Below, in pieces: positions 40,455-52,400 of a DNA stretch of 64,000 nucleotides. Source of the stretch: an uncultured Elusimicrobia bacterium (lineage in GTDB: Bacteria > Elusimicrobiota > Elusimicrobia > 2-01-FULL-59-12); assembly GCA_964441955.1 (NCBI GenBank), contig CAYTWA010000004.1, positions 82,681 to 146,680 of the forward strand. The letters run 5' to 3'. The notes under the pieces were generated by a model that searched no databases, was not told the origin of the DNA, and saw nothing but the letters and a program-made list of their open reading frames with translations. Position numbers and translations under genes: made by a program. The stretch's first letter is position 1. Each line of letters starts with the position of its first letter.

Positions 40455-43400
40455 ATGCGAAAAACACCCTTTCGGTCGTGGTTGTCCGCAGTTCTTGTCA
40501 GCGCCCTGCTGATCGATCCCCATTGGGCCCAGGCGATGAGGCCTCCGGCGCGCCTCGCTGCGCCCTTGGTCATGGCTCCCTTCGAACAATGCGCGCTGAA
40601 GGAGCGTGCCTTTTATTTCAACGCTTTTGATCACCTGTTCGAGCAGTGGCCGCGGCTTCGCTCCAAAGTGTTTCGTCGTGTCTCCCCCATATCTCGTCTC
40701 GAGCGCACCTGGCCATGGGTTTTGGCGGCGGCTGCGACGCTTTATGGGCTCAAAACGGCCTTTTATCCAGACAGTTTTGTTTCCGATATTGGGACAAATT
40801 CCGTTGGGCTTGCGAGTTTTATTGGCTTCTTGGCCATCAAAGTAGAAACGCTTTTGCTCTTTCGTCATCCAAAAATCCCCGTGTCGCTCCTCTACGAAAA
40901 TCCGGAATCTGATGAATTTCATGCCATGAGCCGGCGCCTTGAAACCGAAGTTAAAGAGGCTCTTGAGCTGGTCAAAATTCAACATCCTGAGATGGAAGAC
41001 GACGAAGCCATAGCGATGTCGGTGGGGATGAGAAATGTTCTGGAAGATTCTCGAGTCATTTATCGATCCACATTTTCTGAAGGGGAAGAAGATAGCTACC
41101 CTGCAATTTTTTGGATCAACCCGCCGGAGGGTCTCGAATTTTTTATGGAGGGGGGGCGTGCCTCCTGTCTGCACTTTGATCCCAATGCAGGGGTCGCCTA
41201 CCTGTCGCTACCGCTTTACCAGGCACTTGCCTCGACACCTATCAACCCCAAAACATACGTTGAGGTGATATCGCAGTACTTGTTCTTGCGTATGAGCGGA
41301 GATTCCCACGAAGGAGCTCTCCAGTTACTAGATCCAGCACTACTAGCCCAGATCGACCAATTCCTTGAAAATCGCTTGGTCGCGCAATTAGAGGCTGAGC
41401 GCCAAGCAAAAGAAGCTGAAGACGTTAAGCTCAGCGCGCAAGCGAAGAGGGAACTTGTGAAGCTTGTCAAAGCGCATGGGGTGGAATTGATGTCGTCGAA
41501 CCAAGACGAATGGCTGGGTCAAGACTGGTTTCTACAAAAAGAGAAACGAGATCCCGCGGGCTGGGTCGATCGCTTGCAGAGAAGAGTGATAGCGTTAAGT
41601 GAAACGGCGGAGGGAACCCCGCTCTCCTACGAAGAAGCATTGAAAGAGTGGGTTCCGCAATACAGTTTCTATCCCCATGCCACAGGCAAAACGTATTTTG
41701 GACATCTCATCTCGGAGGGATATCACCTCATCAATAAACGTGCGGGAAAACGACTCACGCTGGGAAACACGGTCATTACCAAGGGCGAGTTTGCCGACAT
41801 CGGGATTACTCCGGCCAAATGGGAAAAAGCAAAAGAATCGTATGAAACCAAAATGCGCGAAGCCAATGAGGTGTGGGAGTATTGGGCGCGACCTCTTTCT
41901 ATTTTGAGAGATATCGATACCGTCAAAGTCCTCCTGGAGAAAGCCGGCTTGAGTGACGAAGATCAAAAACAGTTGTTGGGTTTTGTTCTTGTGGCCGCGG
42001 AGCAAACTTGGGCCTCGGATTTCGATGTGTCGCAACTGCTGCTACGTGCGGGCGAAAAACCTTTTTCGTTAAGTGAAGAAGCGTTAGCCCGGATTATTGA
42101 AGCCGCCGATCGACTCGCTTTGGACGCCGAGTTAACCTCTCTAGCACAAAAACGTCTTCTCTCGCCTGCCGCTCGCATGCGCGGGCCGGTGGGGCTTGCT
42201 TCTGAAAAAGCGAAAGAAGGACCTTCGGGTAATCCCCTGTTTTGGAACCGCTGGGCGGAGGCCTACACCAAAATCTTCAAACAGTTTGCCGCCTATCCCA
42301 TCAAAATCTTTGCGGTGGGAAGAGCACTGGTGTGGATGGAGCGCCAAGACCTTCCTTATGCACTCAAAGCCAGCCAAATCAAGACGGTGCTTGCCGGTGG
42401 TTCAGGTCCCATGATTCTTCTCCATGCGCTGGCTGAAATTAGAGAGCTCCTGGTTCGTTTAGGGATTGCGGTCGCACGGATGCGAGTCATCAGTTTGGAT
42501 TTCGCGTTCAATATGTTGGTCCATGGGAAAAACGCTGCTTCACGGGTTCCAATCGCGAGCGACGCTGTAGCGGCCAATTTGACTGAGATTCTGCCGTTTA
42601 AAGATGGGTCGATCGATTTTTATGAGTCGGGAATATTCGGAACAATCGGTGATGACGTCAACAGAGAAGGGGTATCCAAAAAAATCCATTTTCTCCTCGA
42701 AGCCAATCGCGTTCTCCATGGACCAGAACAGAAAGACTCTGACCCCAAGCGAGAAGGGCGCGGGGGGTTACTCGTTTTGACCGTAAAAAACAAACCGATT
42801 CCCGAGAACCTTCAAGAGGTGCTTGCGCAATTTGGATTTGAAATCGTTTCAGAAAAGCGTCCTCGTGTCTCCCTTTTAGGCGGACTGCTTTGCAAACTCA
42901 CACACGGAGAGCATGCACGGGATAAAGCGTCGCATTTGAAAACGCAAGTGGGAGGGGCCTCGATGCTTTTTGCCGTCAAGCGACGGACGCTTTCGCCAAC
43001 CGAGATCCAACGTCTTCGCGCATCATCCACAGAACCGCATATCGTTGCGCTACGAGTGGCCCTGACTTATGATGATTCGCTTAAGACCCAAGAAAAGCAT
43101 CACCCGACACCTCGGCATTGGAACGGTCATGCGCGCCGGCCTGGCCTCGAGCGGCTTGAGTGGAAAGACGTGCAACCCGAAGAGCTTCTTCCGCCAATCA
43201 TTAAGCGCACCGACATCCTCATTCGGCATCCGGATTTCATTAAGGCGTTCGATCATTTGGAAGTCTGTCGTTTCCACAATTTGCTAAGTGTCGATCACGA
43301 CCAGCGGTTCGATGATTTTCAACGCGGCTGGGATAACCCGGCGATCGTGGAGTTTGAAGTCGAAGAAGTGGAATGGATTTTAAAGCGCGTGCAGGAGCGC

Positions 43401-46400
43401 CGAGGGTACAAAGGGCGCGGCCGCACCCGGCCGACGCCGTCCGCAAAAGAGCCTCCCAGTGCATCCCCTCAGGGGACAAAACCCAAAGCATCTAAACCTC
43501 CAACCCTTTGGGAGTTGGCTGAACGGCTGAATCGAGAATCCATTGAAAACGGAAAAGGAGAAATCTTTAACCGTGAACGCTCCGCTTCCGAGCTTCTTCG
43601 TTTGTCCGCGATTCACAATGCCCGGTTCATGCTTTCCGTGGAAGATGCGCTCGAGCAGCTGGGGCGGCTTTTTCCAGGAGCGTCATTGGCCGCTTTCACC
43701 GTAGAATTTCTCTTAGAGTGGGCCCTTCGTGCCCCAGCGGACCGGTCATGGCATGAAATAAATACGCTCTTTACAAATACAGGACTTCGTTTAGAGGGCG
43801 ATGTGATTCAAGCTGTATGCCGCGTCTTCGGTATTCCCGTTTTTGAAACAACAAGAGATGAAACTTCTCCGGTCAAAAATACCCGCAACGAAGCCATAAA
43901 GCGAGCGCTGGGTGAATTGCAAGCCAAAAATACGAACCCTGCGGCAGGGGTTCGATTCAAACCTGTGTTAATTATCGATTTGATTTTTGCAGTGAAAAAC
44001 GCGCGCGATGAGGTCGACCGAAATCGCCGAATCAATCAAATTCTCAAGGAGCGTCGGCCGTCCATCATGGATGTTGAGCCTGATGATGTCTATTCCGTAT
44101 TGCTTACCGAGAAATTGATTGCTGCTCCGGATCCTGTCGCTGTACCGGAAACATCCCCAGAACTCGTTCAAACCCCGGGGGTCCCCGTTTTAGGGGAACC
44201 AGCCGGTGCTCAGCCAAGTCCCGCCGCAAACGACCCCGAGAAAGGCAGCACGCCACTCGTCATCGCTTTGCCCCAAATCCCTCCTTCTGCAATTGAAGCT
44301 GCCGCAGCAGAGTTAAGAGCGCTCATTCATTCAAAGGGGGGAAGACAAGCGCCTAAAGCCACGAATGCTTCGGTGCTAGCCTTTCTCGATAAGGAATCTG
44401 ATCCTGGAAAGATTACCAGTAAAATCAATCACCAATTCGGGGTCAGTTTACGAAGGGATGAAGTCGAACCCATTCTTAGAAAGCATGGCCTCTGGCCTGT
44501 CACTCAAGATCAGGTCAATGGGGAGAACAGACAGCTGGACGACAAAGCCATAGCTCACCTCAGGGAATGGGTTTTGGAAACCTTTGAAGGAAAGAAGATT
44601 AATAAAGAGACCTTTGTCCCTACATGGGAAGAGCTCGTACCAGAAGGGACGCCATATCGACAAGAAGTGATCTCGCATGTCGAACAATACGCCTCAAAGG
44701 AGTTTGGCGTAAACCAGAGAGATCAATATCGAACGCTTTATAGCCTTGTGGGTTTGATCAATCGTGTAATCGGACCACAGGGGGCTCTCCTGCAAGCGTA
44801 TTTTCATCCACAAGAAAAAAAGTGGGAGATATTCCATATCCGTACAAAGCCAGCTCTCGACAACACATATCACATCGATGGAGATGAAATTCGTGCCTAT
44901 GAGTTTTTGGGGCTTCCCAAAGATTACACAGTGAGGTTCCCCGGTGAACAATATGGCATCGGTTGGAATCATCTAAAGAAAACAGCGGAGTTTTTTCTCA
45001 AAGAAAAAGGCGACACCCCCATGCAAAAAGCCTTTGTCGCCCAAATGAAGCAAGTGGATGCAACCGTTGATCGGCTGGCTCGCACAATGGATCTGCAAAA
45101 GTTGTATTCCCAATTGGCCCTTGCGGCGGCGTGCAATACGTCCAATCGCTTGCACCAAGAAGCCAGTGATCGAGAAAAAATACTTTATGAGCGTGAGACG
45201 CCATTACAAGAGACTCTTCCATGGGTGGTTTTTGCGCAAAAGCTTCTCAGAAAAAAGGGACCTATGGGTCGGTTGTATATCGATTTAACCTCCGAGCTTC
45301 GTGGAGACAAAAAGCAGCCGCGTTTTGATGTGGCCGAAGGAGTATCAATGGCTTATGGAGCCCTCGTGAGTATGGCTCGGCTCGAAAATCCTCTTATTGG
45401 CACCGTAAACATATTCGCTCAGGATCATAATGACCGCATGATGACTGTCGACGCTCTTATGCTTCTTTACGCTTTTTCGGAGCAACTTGGGATGAGTGTA
45501 GAGCTAAAGGATTTGATTATCGAAAGAGACGCCATCTACGAACGACTTATAAAAATGACACCTGCGGAACTTAAAATGCTGGCTCAAGAAGTCTTGAGAG
45601 ACAATTTCCTTCTCGAACTAGATATGACGGACATCCGCCACATCAAAACAAAAGTGGTGGAGCAAGAAGCGACTGACCCTGCTATTACGGAGTCCAAAAC
45701 AAAAGAAGAAGCCGTCGCTCAATTAAAAGGAACCTTAGAGCAATCCTGGAAAGAGGGGCATTTGTTGGAGTCGTGGTCATCGACAAAAACTATGCTTGAG
45801 AGCACTCTGGGTGAAATGCCAGAGGAAGTTAAGCGTGCGGAGCGGCTGGCGCTGGACTCCACCATCGCCAATCGTTTTGAACGAGCGATTCGCTTTACGG
45901 AGTTCTTGGCTGCGCTCAATCGCCATTATTTAAATGGACATGGCTATTTCATCGCGATTGATGAAAATCAACGCATGGTAATTGAAGAAATTGAAAAGGC
46001 CAAAGAAACGTTCCGCGTCAATCCAACAAACGAGGAAATGACAGTCTATCCTCTCAAACGCATTCCTATGGATACCGAAGTTGTCACTTTTCACCAAATT
46101 GCAGGTGCGGCAACAGCCTTCCCCAAAACGTATGGCATCCGATGTGCGAACGGGTTGTCGGCCATGGCTTCTGAAGTTCGGAGAAAAGAGCCGCCTTCGA
46201 TGAAAGGGATAGGAAATAGTCTGAACCAATGGTTAGAAAAAGCGTTTGGGGCACCATTACAAATCGAAAATATTATCTCTCCGATTGAAGGCATACGGAC
46301 CGAACAAGCGTTAGCCAATATGACCGCGCGGCTCCTAGGAAGAAATGCCTACCGGAATTCAACAGTAGAGAAGCCGTTGTTGGAGCAGCATGTCTCTCCA

Positions 46401-49400
46401 CAGGCAGTGGAAGCCCGCTCGTTTATTCTCGCCTATTTCAAGCCCAAGAGCAGTTTAAGGAATTTTTATGAGCACAACGTCAGTTGTCAGAAAGATGCAG
46501 ACACTCAGAACAATATGGCCCATGCGATGCTGTGGGTTTACAGCTTTTTAAATGGTCTCGCCACACATGAAAAGCCATCCCACGTTCTAGCCAACACATT
46601 AACGGTTGTCGCTAGCGAATTTAGGAAATCGTCGCAAAAGAACTTCACCCATGCGCTGGAGCTAAGTGCTCTTATAGTTCATGTCTTTCCAGATCTTGCA
46701 TCGCAGATTTCCGAAAACAAGAACCTTATGTCTCTCTATACGCCGAACAATGTGGCGAGGCTGACTCACACGCTTCTCACATACTCTGAAGATCAGCTTA
46801 GAGATTTGGCTATACAGGTGATGCGTGACCAATTTACCGCCCAAATAAACATATCGAAGGGTCTCATCGAAATTGATTATTTCGACGCAAAGACAAAGGA
46901 TGTTAGCGACGAGCTTCTTGAAGAGGCCCAGATGATATTGACGGAGCTAAAGGAGGCATTTCCTGTAGAGGCTTTAGGGCTCACATTGCAGCTGGCTATG
47001 GAATTTGTCCAAAACCAAACGGTGGAAGGTGCGCTTAAACTCTTAAAAGCCATTGGCGCCGCACTCGATGGTGGCCTGGCAGCGGCGCTTTTGGATGCGG
47101 TGGGTTCAAGCCTTGAAGCCTTATACGACAAAATCTGGGCTCCGATGACATTAACACCTGTACAGATTACGGCTTTAAGTGGCGACATTGACCGCGTGCT
47201 GCTTCCGATGCTGGCCGATAAGCGCTTAACCCCCGAGCGAATGGATGCGCTTCTAGGAGTGTTTGAGACGCATTTTAAAGTGCCTGTGAAAGAATCGCTT
47301 CGCCACGACGTTCGCCTTCTCGCTTTAGCATCAGGCGACGGAGCTTCGAAAGAGTCTCATCGTTCCGCCGTCTTTTTAAAGCTCAACGAAGACTACTTAA
47401 AACCTTTGGGATATTTAATCGATCCGTCGCAAATCAGCTATTCGAGCAAGTCGTTAAGATCAGTGCCAATCTACCGAATACTTGAGGCACCCATTGTTTA
47501 TCAATCGGCCGATAAGGCAATCTCGTTTTATCGCTACACAATTCAAGTCGTGAGTTCATCCGAGTTTTCCGGCCAAACGTATCATCTGCCTTATTTTTAT
47601 TCTGCGGCGATCGGCGTTTTAGTAAACAGCGAGGCAGTCATGAAGGAGGCGGAAGCTCGAATCCAAAATATGCCTCAGTTAAAGACCCAAGCGAGAATAC
47701 TTCAAACCGGCTCGCGGGACCAAAAGACGGTCTTCCGTTATGTGTCACAGGTTATAAAGTGGGATGCTAAAGCCTTTCCTAAGAATGTCAAGTTACATGA
47801 CTTGGCTAAGGCCAGGGAAGGGGCGCTTCTTGAACGAATTCTTGTTGAAACAGCCGCTATTAAATGGGCTCAAGCGAGTCTCAATGCGCATAAAGATTAT
47901 CCATTAATCAATGGGTTTCATTGGCAAGACGAAATGAATTCATCTCTCGACATTGCGCGAACGGCCTTTGCGATAGACGGCGCATATGAATTCGTCGAAA
48001 CCATGACAAACCTGGCTCGCTTACAGGCGACGTCGCTTGGACAGGTCCGGCAATTTAGCTCGATATTCTCTCATCGATTTGCTTATCTTCATGCCATGCG
48101 GCGTTCGCCTTCCGGATTTCTAGCGAATCGGTTCGATTACTATTTTGTTCCAAAAATTAGTGGTGTTAAACCAGAGCAATTAGGCGCTCGCCTTGGGGCG
48201 GCGGACATCCAGTTTTTTACTGATTTAGCTAGCCACGTGTTAAACAAATCCTACATCGGAACAATAGCCCCAAATGAATTTGAGAGCATGATGCTGAAGC
48301 TCAGTGATGCACTATTGACATGGGATGAGGCTCGATTGACCGACCTTGCCGATCAAATGCTTAGAAAAACCTACCGAATCACTGTCAACCTTCGCGAAGA
48401 CGGGCAAATAGAGATCGTGCCAATGGAAAAAATTGATAAACCTGTTAACGCGCGTGCGCCTCAGCAACTGACGACACCGACTCTCCAAAACATGTTAAGT
48501 CTCATTATCGAGCCTATCTTTAAGGCCGGATTAATGAACGACGATCAGGCAGATAAGCTTCGGGCTGTCTTAGCGATTTTCGTGGATGGTCTTCCGTCAG
48601 AGGTCCAAGAGGCGCTGAATCATGCGGCTACCTTTACCGCATCGAGTCAGGAGTCTTACGACGCGCTGCATGAGTTTCTACGCGCCCTCAACACCTATTT
48701 TCTAAAGCCGGGTGGATTTTTAATTGATGTTAATCCGGTAGGTAGCTCGAACAAAGGAGATATTCCCGATTTTCATCTTAGGGCCTATAAAATCGATAAC
48801 ACTCAAAGCCAGGTCTATCGTATTGACGGCACCGATTTAAATGTGCCGTACAACGTGGCTGAAGAAAGCACACCAGCCGATCCGACTATGCCGATGTGGG
48901 CATCACGCCACTATGGTTTACGCCTTCTAAATCCAACAGTCTCTGCCCTCGTCAACAATAGTTTGCCGTTCTTGCTTTTGTGCAGAAAAAACACGGCTCT
49001 CTACAACAAAAGCCCTGGTCAGTTTTTTCCACAGGATCGTGGACGCATTCGTGCTCAGCGCGAGGTCGCCCGTTGGCTCGATGCGGCGCTTGGAGAAGCG
49101 CCCACACAATTAAATGTGACGAATTTATTCGGAGAAACCGATAAAGAAAAATATTTAAGTATCGTATCCGCTCTTGAAATCGCCCGACACAGGCTTATGT
49201 CAGATCCAACTAAGAAGTCCGAACTCTCGGCTAGCGGCATACCATGGGCAGAATACGACCACCGCGCTTTTGCCGATTATTATGTTCGTAAGGGTTCTCT
49301 GGCAGAAACGCTATTGTTTGAAACTATGCACGATTCTGAATCTGTCGATTGGGAAGGCCACGAGCGACAGCAAAACGCAAGTTTTATTTCGCATCTTTTC

Positions 49401-52400
49401 GGCTTCTTACATGCGATGCGAGATGATGAACGGCCAAAATCACTTGCCGCTGATTTCATTCATTGGTTTGGATGGCTCGGTACTAACAAAAAAGGGTCTA
49501 AAATCGGATTTCAGGCCGGGACAAGACTTTATGTTCTAGCGCACTATCTAAATCTGGCGGGTCAATTAACGGTTAAAGATTTCGCCGAGCTCACGCCTCT
49601 GGCGATCGAGCAAATGAATAAAGTAAGCCAGGCTCTTCGTGACATGTCGCCCTCCGATCGCAAAGCCCTGGCCTCAAAAATCCTTGAAGATAACTTTACG
49701 CTTTCCTTTGATTTTCTTCCTGACCAGCGGATCATCATGCACGACAGTTCTAGGGAATCGATATCATCCCAAAATGCATCGGATTCGGCATTGGACGATG
49801 AGGATCTAGCGAGCATCGCGAAAGTCATTATGGATCAGCTCATTAAGAGTTTTGGTCAGTCCATTAGTACGTTGACGCAAGAGATGATCTTGTCGATTCT
49901 TCGCCGCGCAGACCCTGATCATACGCACGCGGTGCTTCAGCAAGCAGAGCTGACGAAAATCCCAGGACTTAAAGAATGGCTTACCCAAACCGTCTCGGAT
50001 ATTTTGAATATTCAGAAAGGAATGAAACTCCCCGTTACCCCTGAGATTCTCAAAAATACTCTTCAAGTAATATTTGGTGATGCCTTTAATAGGGGTTACC
50101 TGAGCGAGGGTGATCATGAGCGGTTTCTTTTTCTCCCAAACGCTTATTTCGACGAACCTCTACCAAGGACATTCAAGGACGCGGCCAAGCATGCGCTCAC
50201 GTTTACGAGCGCCACTCCAGAAAGTAGGCAGTCGCTCGAAAAAGTGGTGTTGTCGTTGAATGACTACCTAAGACCTAACGGGTATCAATTTTCGGTTGAT
50301 CCCGTTTGGTCTGAAGGAAAAATAAATTGGGTGATCGACGTGATTCATATTTCTTCGAAACCTCGCGCGACTTATACGGTCGAGGGATTCTCGGATCTCA
50401 TTCATGTGCATGAGGGGATTGTGCTGGCTTCGGGAAAAGCCATAGAACATAGTGCGTCTTCCAAGTTTTATGGCATTACGGTGTGGCCTTCGATTGCGGA
50501 ACAAAATGCGAAGCGCTGTTTGAAGAATATCGAAGCGTCGAGAGTGAATACGTCTCCAAAAGCCGCTTCAAAATCAAAACGATCCCCATTGTCGCTTTCG
50601 GCAGAAAGAGAGATGGTTAAATGGTCGGATAAAGTATTCGGTCGTAACGTGGAGCATGGGCAGATTTTCCAGGCCTTTTTGGATGATGTGGCGGCTTTGG
50701 TAGGGGAACATGCGGCCTATGTGTGGGCTAACCACAACGTCTTAGGCTCCGCCCCTCAAGATGAAGCCTTTATTGAAGAATATCTTCGACAGGGGTCCTA
50801 CTTATGGCATTTGTATCGGGAGCCCAGTGATAGGGAATCCCTATTTTCCAGTGAAGAAATTAAAAGTGCCTATAAGGCCCACCGCTTTGTTCGGCTTTTT
50901 GGCTCTCTCCAAAAGCTCAGGCAGCCGAAGGCCATGGAATATTTAGCGTTGCTAATGTTTAAGCAATTGACCACGATTTCGGGTAAACACACTTTGGATG
51001 TGGACTATCAGGAGGCGATATGCTTTTCCCTGCTGGCGCGTGCGTGTGATATGCCGGCAGACTGGAAAGATTTCATTAAGCAGGATTTAGAGGCTGTAAA
51101 GCTCTTCGAACGTCTTAGTGCGCGCCTGCTTCAGATGGACAACAAGCAATTGAGGGCGTTAAGTGAACGGATCATTGAAGAAAATTTCAAGATTTATTTA
51201 GAGTTCATGCCGGACAACCATATTGTTCTGCAACCTACCTCCAAACCGAACAACACACCAGCAGATCCTAAAGAGGTGCATTCATTGATAAAAGATCGTC
51301 TGATTCCGGCATTTGAAGACGGTTTTGTTCCAGAGGGATGGTTGCAGGATTTTCTAAAGAATCTTTCGAGACAGTTAGCGGAAAATGCCCCGATTTCCGT
51401 GACGCAGGCCGCTAAGGAGGCAGAAGCCGTCCATGAAGGAGGCCCCACTTGTTATCGCGCTTTGAATCATTTTGTTAAATCCCTGAATTCGGATTGGCTG
51501 GAACGGCGAGGTGTTGTCATTGCACTTGTGCCAAAAAACAACGAGACTAAACCCGGGTGGCACGTTGAAGTTTATCGTGTAGACCCTAAACGCAGCCGCC
51601 GTTATATTTTCGAAGGAAAAGATTATGAGCCGCTGTTATGGAACGTCGGAGAATTAACGCGTCTTGATGGTTCGATCGCTCCCTTCGAAGCACAATTCGA
51701 CCGACACCCTCACTCCGGTATTGTTTTTTTCGAAAAAGTGTCCCATGTATTCAACGCAAAAAGATTGAACACATTGGCTTTTGCAATCAGGGCCCAGCAG
51801 GTACTGAATACTGATTTTCCATTTACGCAACACGAGAAAGCCGTCTCCGATTGGTTTAGGGTCTTTGTTGATGATGATGCAATCCCAGAAAGGATCTCTC
51901 AGGCAATGCATGAGGTGGACCGTGATGCCGCCTTGGTTGAATTAGCCGCTGTCGAGAATGGTCATTCGCTTTTTCGAGAAGGCTTAAATAAGCAAAAGGC
52001 TGATCAATTTTTGCGCGATGGATCGATGGCGAGACGAGCCTATTACGAATCTCTGAATCGTGCACCCCATAATTTATTCGCTGCAGACGTCCTGCTGCGT
52101 GAATTTCTCGTGGTTTATGGATGGTTGCACGCCATGAGAAAGCCGATGCTTGCTCGGCGCACGCTGGCTCGTCGCGCCCTGCTATTTGCGATTATTCTTG
52201 CAGAGAAATTCAATCAAAAGGATTTGAAAATTCTACCTGAAGAAGCACGGCTTCTTTCCTTATTAGGAGATGCCCTTATGGGTGAAAAGGCGCCTCAAGC
52301 AAGCGCCTTGTTTGGAGAAAAGGGTGTCGTTTATGCCGCTCAGGTTTGCGACGCGCTGAAGGAGCTCCCCGATGTTAAGCTGGCGGCGCTCGCCGACCGA

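Noticed and set aside
40449-41174. 241-aa minus-strand ORF overlapping the start of the giant gene, and the many other antisense ORFs inside it
   Set aside because: They are embedded in a strongly supported 13.8-kb coding frame, have no motifs, and are typical GC-rich antisense open frames.
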